Source: a virus
Length of the DNA: 64,000 nt
IMG/VR virus record: IMGVR_UViG_3300027747_004779
Location: 64,001 to 128,000 of that record
Reading direction: 5' to 3' (one strand)
Positions 19,784 through 29,732 of this stretch are shown in pieces. The translations under genes were made by a program, and so were the position numbers. The stretch's first letter is position 1, and every line of letters begins with the position of its first letter. The notes under the pieces are model-generated. The model was not told where the DNA came from. It did not search any database and saw only the letters and a program-made list of their open reading frames with translations.

Positions 19784-19822
19784 CCTCCTGATTTATTATA
19801 ATAAAAAGAATAAATAATTCAA
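19784..19822 (-). promoter_or_regulatory. Sigma70-like promoter plus AGGAGG Shine-Dalgarno for the amidotransferase
   Basis: TTGAAT-N16-TATAAT, then AGGAGG 8 nt before the ATT. Confidence 0.7.
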
Positions 19823-19823
19823 G

Positions 19824-20732
19824 ATGAATAAGGATAGTAAACTCATATTCGAGGCATATTTAACAAAGAAACCTGTATTAAGTGAAGCTCCAATATATGG
19901 GCCGGGAGATTTAGACTATACCGGCGATATTGAAAGCGCCCCGGGAGGTGGTTACGGTGTTGGAACAGCTGCGGCAAAAGAGGGTAAAACAAAGACTGAG
20001 ATTGCCAACCGTATTCTTAATGCTGTCAAAACAAAGCTTTTTAAACCTGCAGCACATACAATCGATGGCAAAGAATATCAACTTTATTATCCTGGTAGTA
20101 AAATGAAGTTTAGAACAGAACTAGAAAATTTAATTAAAAACGAACTTAAGATAGGTGGTACAGCAGCCAAGTATACGGCGCGAGTAATTGATAATTTACT
20201 TAACGTTTTACGTGTAGATGTTGAAGGTGGTGCAGCTGCGTCGCCCGTACAGGTTAAGAAAGCTATTGACACCGGTGTACAGGGTAAGCCGGTATCTGGT
20301 GAGGGATCAACACAACCTGCTGCTCCTCAAGCTGCAGCAAACGTTTTCGTAAAAAATCCTCTTGTTCGTTTTATTAAAGAGTTTATGCCGATTTTTGTTG
20401 AACTACCTGATGAAATTACAACTTCAGGTAAGAAAGACTTTTACGAGTCGGATGAACTTCAGAACGAAGTCAAAGAAGCTATTACAAGAGCTTACGACGA
20501 AGCAAAAGCTAAGGATAAAGAGCTTATAAATGATTTCATCGATTCACTCAAACACAAAAACAGTTATATGCCTCAAGCTGAGGCACAAGCTAAAGAAGGT
20601 GAAGGTACCGGTGAAACCCCAACGGTTGATGAATATCCGGAAGATGATGATGTTACCGGTACATTAAGAGATATTGGCGCGTTACCGGGTAAAGTCGGTC
20701 GTGACCCGGGTAGCTTTAGCTACGGCGATTAA
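19824..20732 (+). CDS. Hypothetical late protein with capsid-targeting-like leader
   Basis: TAAATA 7 nt upstream; starts MNKDSKLIFEAY; lies antisense between queC and the amidotransferase. Confidence 0.75.
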   Translation: MNKDSKLIFEAYLTKKPVLSEAPIYGPGDLDYTGDIESAPGGGYGVGTAAAKEGKTKTEIANRILNAVKTKLFKPAAHTIDGKEYQLYYPGSKMKFRTELENLIKNELKIGGTAAKYTARVIDNLLNVLRVDVEGGAAASPVQVKKAIDTGVQGKPVSGEGSTQPAAPQAAANVFVKNPLVRFIKEFMPIFVELPDEITTSGKKDFYESDELQNEVKEAITRAYDEAKAKDKELINDFIDSLKHKNSYMPQAEAQAKEGEGTGETPTVDEYPEDDDVTGTLRDIGALPGKVGRDPGSFSYGD

Positions 20733-21465
20733 TTGTTTTACAATTATACTTTTTCCAGGGTATCGTTATTTTATAAGAAATAGGGTCTATATACCCCGCA
20801 TCTATAAAGCCTTTTATTCTCAAAGAGCACGCAGTACATTCACCGCAAGCCTGTTCTTCACCCTCATAACAAGTCCAAGTCTGGCTAAAATCCACTCCAA
20901 GCTTTATACCCAGTTTAATGATTTCTTCTTTGGATTTATCAATTAACGGTGCTTGAACAGTAATTCTATTTCTGCGGTTCAAAGCTGATACATTATTAAT
21001 TTGCTCCAAAAATTCTTCGCTACCATCCCAGAACCCTGCAACACTGTCAGCCTGTGCAGCACCATGAAAAACAGTGCTGGCCCCATAGTTTTCTGCTATT
21101 GCAAGTGAAATGCTAAGCAGCATTAAGTTTCTATAGGGAACATAGTTTACCGTCTGCGGGTCGCCCATTACATCCTTGGCTTTAGCTACTGCAACCTTGT
21201 TGTTAAGAAGTGAAGAAACTTGACATATATCTTTAAAAAACGGTAATTTTATATGTTGACTATCAACTGGCATGTCAACTGATTCAATCTGAAATGACGC
21301 GCAGTTTATTTCTTTATCACGATGCTTCTGCCCGTAGTCATAGTTGACCGTAATTACTTTATCATACTCGCTTGCAGCTAAATGTAACAGTACAGAACTA
21401 TCCATTCCCCCGGAAATAGGGACTACTGCTTTACGCGATAGGTGCTTCTTCGCTTGGCGCTTCAT
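20716..21465 (-). CDS. queC: 7-cyano-7-deazaguanine synthase QueC
   Basis: SGGMDS, YGQKH, YVPYRN, TWTCY...CGECTAC. Confidence 0.93.
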   Translation of the reverse strand: MKRQAKKHLSRKAVVPISGGMDSSVLLHLAASEYDKVITVNYDYGQKHRDKEINCASFQIESVDMPVDSQHIKLPFFKDICQVSSLLNNKVAVAKAKDVMGDPQTVNYVPYRNLMLLSISLAIAENYGASTVFHGAAQADSVAGFWDGSEEFLEQINNVSALNRRNRITVQAPLIDKSKEEIIKLGIKLGVDFSQTWTCYEGEEQACGECTACSLRIKGFIDAGYIDPISYKITIPWKKYNCKTINRRS

Positions 21466-22549
21466 TTAAGTTATATTTGTATTCCTCTGTTAAGCGCTTG
21501 TCGAGTTCTGGAATAATAAATTCCTCGTAGAAAGCGGGGTCTTTAGCAAAAGTCTTTGCATAACCCAGTTTATCACCCTTCTTATACTTACCACTAGTAA
21601 CTCCTATGGTATATGTTGCACCATTTTGTTCAACGATACCTCTTGCTGCTGCCATTCCAAGCAACCCACTATACTTGTTAAGTCCTGTCTTAAAAGAAAG
21701 ATACATTTCTGTCTCTAAGAACGGCGGTAAAAAGCGATTCTTTACAGTTAATGCACGAAGTGTTGTACCGCTGTATTTGTTAGCTTCTGCGAGCTTCTTA
21801 TCTTCTGCATCCATGGAGTCCCCCTCGCCTTCCTTCTCGTGGCGCTTGGCTAGCTGTACAAGAATACTAGCCATATATACAGGCCCTGAACCGCCAGCTT
21901 GATTCTTTACAAGACTTGGAAACATTGCAGCTGGATCATCGTATGTATGGTTCGTAAAGAGAATTGTCACGCCAGCTTTTGCAGCTTTAAATGTTAATGT
22001 ACGGAACATGCTCTTTAAAGACTTTGCACGAAGACCCATATCTGATGCGGATTTATCCTTAGCAACGTCATCGAGTTCTTTCTGTGATGCAAGATTACCA
22101 AGACTATCAATACTAATAATAAACTTACCTCTCGCATTATTTTCGATTACGCTATCAAGAAAAGCACTAATCTGATTACGACATTGATCGATGGTATCTA
22201 CTGGTACATATTTTGTATTTTCTGGATCCAATCCAACACCTTTTGTACTATTCTCATCAATAGCGATTTCAGTATCAAATATAACGGGAGTGAGGCCTCT
22301 CTTCTGAGCAGTAGCAAGAATCTTATTTACGATAAAAGTCTTACCCGTTTGACTAGGTCCAGAAAACCCTGTTATTCTTCCCTTAGGCACGCCGCCACCA
22401 CGACAACTGCCACCAAGAATAGCATTAAGAGCGTAGCATCCAGTATCAAACCACTCATCAACTTTACTAAGTGCATTTTCATTTAACATCGAAGCCTCGC
22501 TGTTAAGTTTATCTAGCGACGCGAATATTTTATTAAGATCTTTACTCAT
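21431..22549 (-). CDS. uvsX: RecA/UvsX recombinase
   Basis: GPSQTGKT, FDTE, IDSLGNL, NHTY and GGSG motifs. Confidence 0.95.
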   Translation of the reverse strand: MSKDLNKIFASLDKLNSEASMLNENALSKVDEWFDTGCYALNAILGGSCRGGGVPKGRITGFSGPSQTGKTFIVNKILATAQKRGLTPVIFDTEIAIDENSTKGVGLDPENTKYVPVDTIDQCRNQISAFLDSVIENNARGKFIISIDSLGNLASQKELDDVAKDKSASDMGLRAKSLKSMFRTLTFKAAKAGVTILFTNHTYDDPAAMFPSLVKNQAGGSGPVYMASILVQLAKRHEKEGEGDSMDAEDKKLAEANKYSGTTLRALTVKNRFLPPFLETEMYLSFKTGLNKYSGLLGMAAARGIVEQNGATYTIGVTSGKYKKGDKLGYAKTFAKDPAFYEEFIIPELDKRLTEEYKYNLNEAPSEEAPIA

Positions 22550-22591
22550 AGATCTAGTATATATGAAGTAAATTTAAAAACAAGTAAAAAA

Positions 22592-22951
22592 TTACTCGTC
22601 AAACAACTTAATTACTTTTTCGTCGCCGGAATTGCCTGCAGTAGGAGCTACTGTGGCAGCAAACAACTTGTTGTATTGATCAACAAGCCTAGGATCGTTG
22701 TCAATATCTTGACCAAGAACGATCGTCGCGAGGTTAAACTTCCAAACAGTTTCATTCTTTGATTTATCGCCAATAAACTCACGGAAATAAAGTGGAATAG
22801 TCTGCACATTAAGTTGACCCTGTTGTGTGGGCTGTACATGAATAATGGCAGGGTTCTTTACTGTAAGAGATGTCTTGTCAGAATCTACTTGTTCAGCAAG
22901 GATTGTTCTTCCGATGTGATCAATAAAAGTAACTAAATTTTGTTTGCTCAT
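22592..22951 (-). CDS. Hypothetical protein (possible Sm-like fold)
   Basis: ORF between gp43 and uvsX with its own TTGATT promoter. Confidence 0.7.
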   Translation of the reverse strand: MSKQNLVTFIDHIGRTILAEQVDSDKTSLTVKNPAIIHVQPTQQGQLNVQTIPLYFREFIGDKSKNETVWKFNLATIVLGQDIDNDPRLVDQYNKLFAATVAPTAGNSGDEKVIKLFDE

Positions 22952-22988
22952 ACAACTAATTTAAAATAAGAAAAAAGAAAATCAACTG

Positions 22989-25577
22989 TTAAACTGCAAG
23001 GAGATCAAATAAATCTGTTTGTACTTGTGTTCCTGGTGTTTGTAGTTTCCAATTAACAGCTTCATAAAATCTTTCAATAACAGAAAAGATAATTTTCTCA
23101 AACATTAGTTCGTAGTTCAATGCAAAAACGCTCTCAAACTCTTTAGGAAAATCATATTTGTATCCGATAACAGAAATACCAAATTTATTAGGCTGCTGTG
23201 CATAAAAGTATCTTACCTTATCACCAGATGATATTTTTTCGTATTTTTTACCGGTATTAAATCTATCCAATAATATATTGTGATAATAAGCAGCTTTTAC
23301 ATGAATAGGCATATGTTTGGCAGTATTAAACCCATCACACTGCGCAGCATACTTTTCATAGCCTTTGATACCCATTACAAAAGCTACGTCTTGAATTGGA
23401 AGCTTCTTAAAAATATCATACGTTTCATTAAAAATTTTGTTTGTGGTTGCAAGGTCTTTTGATAGGAGCATTGTTTCAATAATCTTTTTAACATACGGTT
23501 TAATAGGTGCTGGCATAGTTGTACGCACTACTTCTACGCCGGTATATTTGAACTTATCGCACGGAATGCCTTCATCATCTAGAACATGTAATACGTATCT
23601 CTTTTTTTGTAAAAATAACCCTACATTAGCAATAGCCTCGCGCTTAAAAACTAAACGGCAGTCAATCGATCCAAGCGCTTGTTGACCCCAAGTAACTATA
23701 TGTTTATTAAGATAGTCTTCGATATCTTGAACTTGTTTGTAGTATTCAGGTGTTATTTTTCCTTTCTTATCTAACATACTAATATCTAGATATTTGACAA
23801 TATGCTTAATAGAAATATATGAGCTGTCAGTATCATTATAAATAATTGGTGTATCTTTAGCTAATGTTTCATCAGTTAGTCCCGCTTTTTCCTTTACATA
23901 CTCTACTAGTAATCTGTTTGATTCTTTAATGACTGCTTGGCCGGTTAGTGTAATCGATTCAGCGAGTTCATCATCGCCAAGAGGGCTATGCTTATTACCA
24001 AAGTAGCCATAGATTGTATTAATTAGAATCTTTATTGTATGTTGGGTTATATTTAGATTATCTATCTCGTGCTTAAGTTTAGCATACTCTTCGGTTCCTT
24101 TCTCTATATGTAATATTTTTCTCTTTAGTGAAGCTAGAGCGCGTTTAATTTCTACGCGTTTTTTATAAAAATGATCTACTGTAACAGGTATGATGCCTTT
24201 TTCTTTTTGCGTAAAGAGTACTTTTGCTTTCGAAATTGCAATTTTCTCCTTTTTGATAAAGTTAACAAAGTTTTCATTAGTTAAGGTAAATGACTGGCCA
24301 TTTACATGCTGAATAGTTACGCCTTTATCATCCTTATCAACAATCGTACCTACCTTAGTTTCGGGTGATAGGTTCAAAGTAATCATAACGTTAGGATATA
24401 GACTATTAGCGTCAAATGAAATTACATTTTCCTGAAACCCTTTTTGCGGTTCGCCCACATATGCACCGGCGTTCTGTTCATTGTTTTGCTGATCTTTTTT
24501 ATTAAAGGTAGGTATACGTTGTCCTCTTGTACGTGCTCTAATTGCACATAGACCGGTAATAACAGAAAGGGAACCAAGCGCGCCCTCAAATGTGGTAAGA
24601 CCGGCATATGCAATCATACGAAGTAGCTCTAGATACTGTAATTTCTCTTCTAGTCTTACCAGCAAATTAACGTCCTGAATATTATACTCAACAAACAGCT
24701 CCCAATTATCATCAGCTAGACTTGCTAAATTTGTATCACCGTAATCTACTTTATTCTGACTAAGCTCTGTTTCACCAATTGCATCGAGTTTATACGATTC
24801 TCGCAATACGGGGCAAAACCGTTTATAAATATCGAGATAATCTACGCACGATACGCCTTCAATATGCCAATGAACTTGCTCTCTACCGAACTTACCCGTA
24901 AAGGTAATGGGTCTAATATAACCGACAGGCGATAATCTTTTTACTTCATCTTCTCCTAGAATACGCGTAATACGATTTACGATATAGGGCATATCGAAAA
25001 ATTCACTATTCCATCCAGATAAAATATCGGGATAATCAGAGCAAATATAATTAACAAATCTAGATAAAAGATCTTTTTCTGTTTTACAGTATATGTAGGT
25101 AAGCTGCTCGGTTTTTTTGTTATATGGCTTTAACCCCCAGGTTATAAAATGCTTTCTGATAGAGTCATAAACAGTTATAATATTAATAGGATGCTGAGGA
25201 TCGTCCGGTTTTGGAAACTCATCTGGGCTATACGTCTCGATATCAATAAAAAGCGTACGAATAGGGTGCTGGGTAAATTCAGGCTTCTCGTTCTGCTCCC
25301 AAAATGTATCGATAAGAAATTGTTGCTGTACATTAATATTTTCAAAAATACGCGTTACTTTATTATCTTTTAAATACCGCGAGCGTTCAGCCTGATTACG
25401 AAATCTCTTTTTCTTTAGCTTTGTATTAAAAATACTGGTACAATCTGGGTGATTATTTGTCTCTAAGTAAATATATGGCTCAAATGTCGTATCATAGGAT
25501 ATACGTTTGCCGTCTTTATCCCAAGTAAAAAGACGCATTAATTGATCTTTAGGAAGATAGGCTACTCCTCTATACAT
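22989..25577 (-). CDS. Family B DNA polymerase (gp43-like)
   Basis: Exonuclease DIET and YNIQD; polymerase SFDANSLYP, KILINTIYG, YNDTDS. Confidence 0.98.
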   Translation of the reverse strand: MYRGVAYLPKDQLMRLFTWDKDGKRISYDTTFEPYIYLETNNHPDCTSIFNTKLKKKRFRNQAERSRYLKDNKVTRIFENINVQQQFLIDTFWEQNEKPEFTQHPIRTLFIDIETYSPDEFPKPDDPQHPINIITVYDSIRKHFITWGLKPYNKKTEQLTYIYCKTEKDLLSRFVNYICSDYPDILSGWNSEFFDMPYIVNRITRILGEDEVKRLSPVGYIRPITFTGKFGREQVHWHIEGVSCVDYLDIYKRFCPVLRESYKLDAIGETELSQNKVDYGDTNLASLADDNWELFVEYNIQDVNLLVRLEEKLQYLELLRMIAYAGLTTFEGALGSLSVITGLCAIRARTRGQRIPTFNKKDQQNNEQNAGAYVGEPQKGFQENVISFDANSLYPNVMITLNLSPETKVGTIVDKDDKGVTIQHVNGQSFTLTNENFVNFIKKEKIAISKAKVLFTQKEKGIIPVTVDHFYKKRVEIKRALASLKRKILHIEKGTEEYAKLKHEIDNLNITQHTIKILINTIYGYFGNKHSPLGDDELAESITLTGQAVIKESNRLLVEYVKEKAGLTDETLAKDTPIIYNDTDSSYISIKHIVKYLDISMLDKKGKITPEYYKQVQDIEDYLNKHIVTWGQQALGSIDCRLVFKREAIANVGLFLQKKRYVLHVLDDEGIPCDKFKYTGVEVVRTTMPAPIKPYVKKIIETMLLSKDLATTNKIFNETYDIFKKLPIQDVAFVMGIKGYEKYAAQCDGFNTAKHMPIHVKAAYYHNILLDRFNTGKKYEKISSGDKVRYFYAQQPNKFGISVIGYKYDFPKEFESVFALNYELMFEKIIFSVIERFYEAVNWKLQTPGTQVQTDLFDLLAV

Positions 25578-25626
25578 TTAACATGTATTATATAACAAGC
25601 TATATATTATACAACTTAATTATTGA

Positions 25627-26841
25627 TTATATGCCGTTTACAGCGTTAATAAGCTTACGCTCTTTAGAGCCAAATGGATGTGTATATAACTCAGCATATT
25701 TGTTTAGATTGTCGTCGTTTTCTAACCATCTCTCTTCGGCTACTTTTCTATACTTAGCAGATAGGTTCATATACCTACCTTTCTTAGCTAAAGTATCTTC
25801 GATACAACCAATCATTTCATCACCGGTCTTGAACTTAATTGGCGCCTCAGAGTAAGTAACAAGATCTTGACATGCAATTGGAAGGCCATAACAACATGCT
25901 TCAATATACTTTAAATCGCTTTTAGCTTTGTTAAAGGTATTGTTTTGCAGCGGAGCAACCAACATATTAACACGTAGATTATAAATTTTTTCCGGGTAAG
26001 AATAAAGTTGTTGCCAGGTATGAAACTCTAGATCGCCGTTAGAAACATAAGGATGAAGCGGGAGCGGAAATGCACCTAAAAACACCCATCTATATTTGTG
26101 CCTTGTTTTGATAATAGCATCACATACATGAGCAAAGTCATCATTCTGACCAACACGATTGTCTACATCAAAATGTGCACCGGAACCAGCATATAAAATA
26201 CGAGGGCGCTTATCATTGGCATCATAATTTTCAGAAATACGTCTTTCGTTATAAAAATTACCCATCCAAAACTTTGGTGGGTAGTTAGGAATAACAGTAA
26301 CATTTTTATTGCTTGTTTTATCAATATAATACTGTTTCATGAAATCACAAGTTACAGTAATTTCATCGCACATCTCCATGATTGTTTGCGCTGTTCGACG
26401 AATCTCTGGATCAGTAAATGCAGGTTTAAACTTATTATATTCAGGTATATCTTCACTAAAAACTAAGTCGTCAATTTCATAAATTAACTTAAATCCAACT
26501 TTACTGCTCATTTCTTTAAGGAACTTAATAAACTGCAATTGAGAGGTTGTAGCTTGGCGTTGAATACGAACAGCCTTAACGCCGCGATAATAATTAGGAT
26601 CAAAACACATGACTGTACTTCCATGTACAATGAGCTTTTGATGTGCATTAAGCATATGCTCTGGCCATATCATTCTCCAGAACCCACAGCCGCTATAATC
26701 AGCGTAGTAATTTAAGCAACGCGATAAATCAAGCTCCGGGGGTCTTGGTAAACTTTGCTGTGGCGATGCAGGTGCTATCTGCGATGGAAATGGTGAGGGA
26801 AAGGGAGAAGCAAAAGGCGAAGCAAAAGGACTTGGATGCAT
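25627..26841 (-). CDS. GT-B-like glycosyltransferase
   Basis: SGCGFWR, YEIDD, APL..N.FN.AKSDLKYIEA; N-terminal SPF(A/P) tetrapeptide repeats. Confidence 0.8.
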   Translation of the reverse strand: MHPSPFASPFASPFPSPFPSQIAPASPQQSLPRPPELDLSRCLNYYADYSGCGFWRMIWPEHMLNAHQKLIVHGSTVMCFDPNYYRGVKAVRIQRQATTSQLQFIKFLKEMSSKVGFKLIYEIDDLVFSEDIPEYNKFKPAFTDPEIRRTAQTIMEMCDEITVTCDFMKQYYIDKTSNKNVTVIPNYPPKFWMGNFYNERRISENYDANDKRPRILYAGSGAHFDVDNRVGQNDDFAHVCDAIIKTRHKYRWVFLGAFPLPLHPYVSNGDLEFHTWQQLYSYPEKIYNLRVNMLVAPLQNNTFNKAKSDLKYIEACCYGLPIACQDLVTYSEAPIKFKTGDEMIGCIEDTLAKKGRYMNLSAKYRKVAEERWLENDDNLNKYAELYTHPFGSKERKLINAVNGI

Positions 26842-26850
26842 ATTATAATA

Positions 26851-28662
26851 TTAACTACTATATTCAATATAATCAACTCGACGAGTAATACCGTTATTTT
26901 TTTCTAGAAAAATAATATCGCCTGTAGCAGCCTTAATACTCTCTTTTCTATGACTAATTACCATAATACATTCATTATATTTTTCAACTCGCTCTTTTAA
27001 TATGCTAATTACAAGCTCTACGCCTCTTTCATCAAGGCTCGAATCAAAGAGCTCATCATATATGCTAAAGTTAAAAGATACATCACCTTGAAGCCTTCTA
27101 ATATCCATAAACGTAAAGAGACATGCAAGATCAACATTCTTACGCTCTGCGCCGCTAAAGTTAAAATAGGAGCAAGGTTTGCCTTTGTTATCAACAATCT
27201 CCTCTTCAAAATATTCGTTAAATGTACAAATACAGTTAGCATCCATCTTTTTAAGATAATAAGCAAGCTTACTATTAAAGAGTTGTAGGATCTTTTTAAC
27301 AATATAGGATTTTACACCTTCTTCTGAAACTATAAACTTTACAACGTCCAGAGTATTAAGCTTTTCTTTTAATTTCTCTATTTCTGCTTTAACACCATCC
27401 AATCGATTGGTTTGGTCAGTAATAAGCGCGTCGTGTGTATTAGTATCTGTTTCTAAATCTTTTAAGTCTTGCTCAAGCTCTATCTGCCATTGATTAAGCT
27501 GTTTAAGACGGTCGTCGAGGTTTTGCTTTTCTGTAATTTTATGTTTAATAGAATTAATACTGTCTTTTAAATGCTGTATTTTTGTTTCGACTTTAGTCTG
27601 CAACCCAAGTAACTGCTTCTCTTCTTTCTTTAATTCAACAATTTTTCCTTCATGTACTTCTATCTCATCGTTAATTTTCTTTTTTTCGTTTTTAATATGA
27701 TTACGATCCGTGTCTTCAATCGATCTTAAGCATGTAGGGCAAACATCTTTTTCTGTACCAACAGATGTAAGTTTTTTATTATTTTGATTTATAAGTGTCT
27801 GATTCTCACTAATAGAATGCCTTGCGTCTTGTATTTTTTTATCTAATTTTAGATTACTTGTATTATATTCCTCTATCTCTTTTTTTAATTCGTTAGCGTC
27901 AGGTATTTCAAATTTTTCGAGTTTTTTAGTAATTTCCTTTATTTCTTTTGTATTACTTTCTTGCCGACCGAGATATTTCTCTTTTTTTCTAGCCCTCTCT
28001 TGCGAAAGAGTTTCTTGTTGCTTTTTATGTGTAAGTATGTTTTTTTCTATTTCATCATGCTTGATAGCTTCCATGTCAAACTGCTTTTTATGATCGCTTA
28101 TGTCAGTTTTGAGTAAATTTAACATATCGCTAAAAATACTAAGATTAAAAATATCTTCAATAAATTTTCTCTTCTCTTGTTTTTTCTTAGCCATAAACGG
28201 AATTGTATTGTTTATGGTCATAATAACACAGTTTTGAAATATCTCTGGCGTACAATTAAACTTCGACATAATAAACGAGTTAGTATTTGAAATGCTATCT
28301 CGTGTCTTATCTTCCTTATCAACGTATATAAAGCACTTTGAGGGTTCAAGAGTACGAATAATTTGTATTTCTTCTGTTTTATCAAACTGCTGTATTGTTA
28401 CATCTAAAATAACTTCACAGTTCTTTTTATTAACATTATTAATAACATGCTCTTTTTTTAGATCTCTTAACGTCTCTCCAAAAACAGCGAAATATACAGC
28501 ATCGGCAATAGTAGATTTTCCGACGCCATTTCTTCTGTCTTCTTTGTCCTTATTAATACCCGTAATAATATGAAGGCCTTTCTTAAAGTCGACAGTAACC
28601 GGTTGATTACCAACAGATAAAAAGTTTTTAATACTAATTTTATTAAAAGTAATATTCTTCAT
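26851..28662 (-). CDS. Rad50/SbcC-like recombination ATPase (gp46)
   Basis: NGVGKST, CPTC hook, FSGAE signature, DELFD. Confidence 0.96.
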   Translation of the reverse strand: MKNITFNKISIKNFLSVGNQPVTVDFKKGLHIITGINKDKEDRRNGVGKSTIADAVYFAVFGETLRDLKKEHVINNVNKKNCEVILDVTIQQFDKTEEIQIIRTLEPSKCFIYVDKEDKTRDSISNTNSFIMSKFNCTPEIFQNCVIMTINNTIPFMAKKKQEKRKFIEDIFNLSIFSDMLNLLKTDISDHKKQFDMEAIKHDEIEKNILTHKKQQETLSQERARKKEKYLGRQESNTKEIKEITKKLEKFEIPDANELKKEIEEYNTSNLKLDKKIQDARHSISENQTLINQNNKKLTSVGTEKDVCPTCLRSIEDTDRNHIKNEKKKINDEIEVHEGKIVELKKEEKQLLGLQTKVETKIQHLKDSINSIKHKITEKQNLDDRLKQLNQWQIELEQDLKDLETDTNTHDALITDQTNRLDGVKAEIEKLKEKLNTLDVVKFIVSEEGVKSYIVKKILQLFNSKLAYYLKKMDANCICTFNEYFEEEIVDNKGKPCSYFNFSGAERKNVDLACLFTFMDIRRLQGDVSFNFSIYDELFDSSLDERGVELVISILKERVEKYNECIMVISHRKESIKAATGDIIFLEKNNGITRRVDYIEYSS

Positions 28663-29732
28663 GTACTGTTAGCCCTCTTATAAAGATCTGTACAATAACG
28701 AGAAACGTCATCTTTTTTCTCTATGTCTAGCAAGGTAACGAACTCTTCAATTGCTTTGCTCATATCAACACCAGATAAGTCATAAGCTTGCTCTTCATTA
28801 ACAGTGATTGCATCGTTATATAACGAATAATCAACCGATAAATTAAAAGGCTTATGTGCAGATATTTTCTGTAAAAGCAGATCAATACTATCACTTGTAA
28901 TTTTCTTATCAACTACAAGTTTAATAATATTATTACCTACTGCTGCTCTCACTTCAGCTGCTGTAAGAGTTTTAAATGTAGTAAGATCTGTTAACGATAA
29001 TTTCTTATGTTTAGGTGAAAGTTCATTTTCAAAAAATGAATAGCTAAGATCGTTAAAATCTAAGATGTAATATCCTTTAACAGAGCCGGTATCACCAAAA
29101 TCCATTTCAAAGGGATTACCGACATACAAAATAGTTTTTTTATCATATTTTCTTTCATCCCTTAGATGAAAATGACCGGTCATAATTAGATCTGCCTTTG
29201 CAAGAAGATCAGAGGTTTTCATACCATGATCACAGTGCTTATGGCTATTCATCTTAAAGCTCTCAATCTCTAAATGCCCAAAAATTACATCGGACTTCTC
29301 AACATCTCTTACATCTGCACCCCAAGGTAAAAATGTGCATTGCTTACCGTAAATTGTATATGTCGCAGGCTCACTTATAATTTGTATATTTTTCCATCCA
29401 TTAAGAATAGAAAGTGAGTTAATATCAGATCTATCCTTATAAAAAGCATCGTGATTACCAACAAGAATAACTATATTAAACTCATCCCATAAATTAAGAA
29501 TTTGATTTACGACGTGAATCGTATTGACAGCAATTTCATCACGATAGTGATATAGATCTCCGAGTATAAAAATGTCTTTTATTTTCTTTTTATTGAGATC
29601 GTCACGAAGCCATTCGGCCCATTTAATAGCTGTTTCATGCCAAAAAATACTGTTCTGATGTACGCCAATATGAAGATCAGCAATACAACAAACTTTATTA
29701 CTTTTTGTTATAAGTTCTTTTTTATTTTTCAC
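28659..29732 (-). CDS. Mre11/SbcD-like nuclease (gp47)
   Basis: DLH, GD, GNHD, GHLE and GHFH metallophosphoesterase motifs. Confidence 0.95.
   Translation of the reverse strand: MKNKKELITKSNKVCCIADLHIGVHQNSIFWHETAIKWAEWLRDDLNKKKIKDIFILGDLYHYRDEIAVNTIHVVNQILNLWDEFNIVILVGNHDAFYKDRSDINSLSILNGWKNIQIISEPATYTIYGKQCTFLPWGADVRDVEKSDVIFGHLEIESFKMNSHKHCDHGMKTSDLLAKADLIMTGHFHLRDERKYDKKTILYVGNPFEMDFGDTGSVKGYYILDFNDLSYSFFENELSPKHKKLSLTDLTTFKTLTAAEVRAAVGNNIIKLVVDKKITSDSIDLLLQKISAHKPFNLSVDYSLYNDAITVNEEQAYDLSGVDMSKAIEEFVTLLDIEKKDDVSRYCTDLYKRANST

Noticed and set aside
20716-21465. QueC as part of a QatABCD or type IV CBASS defence system
   Set aside because: No QatA ATPase, TatD or cyclase neighbours; the context is phage replication plus a full Que pathway
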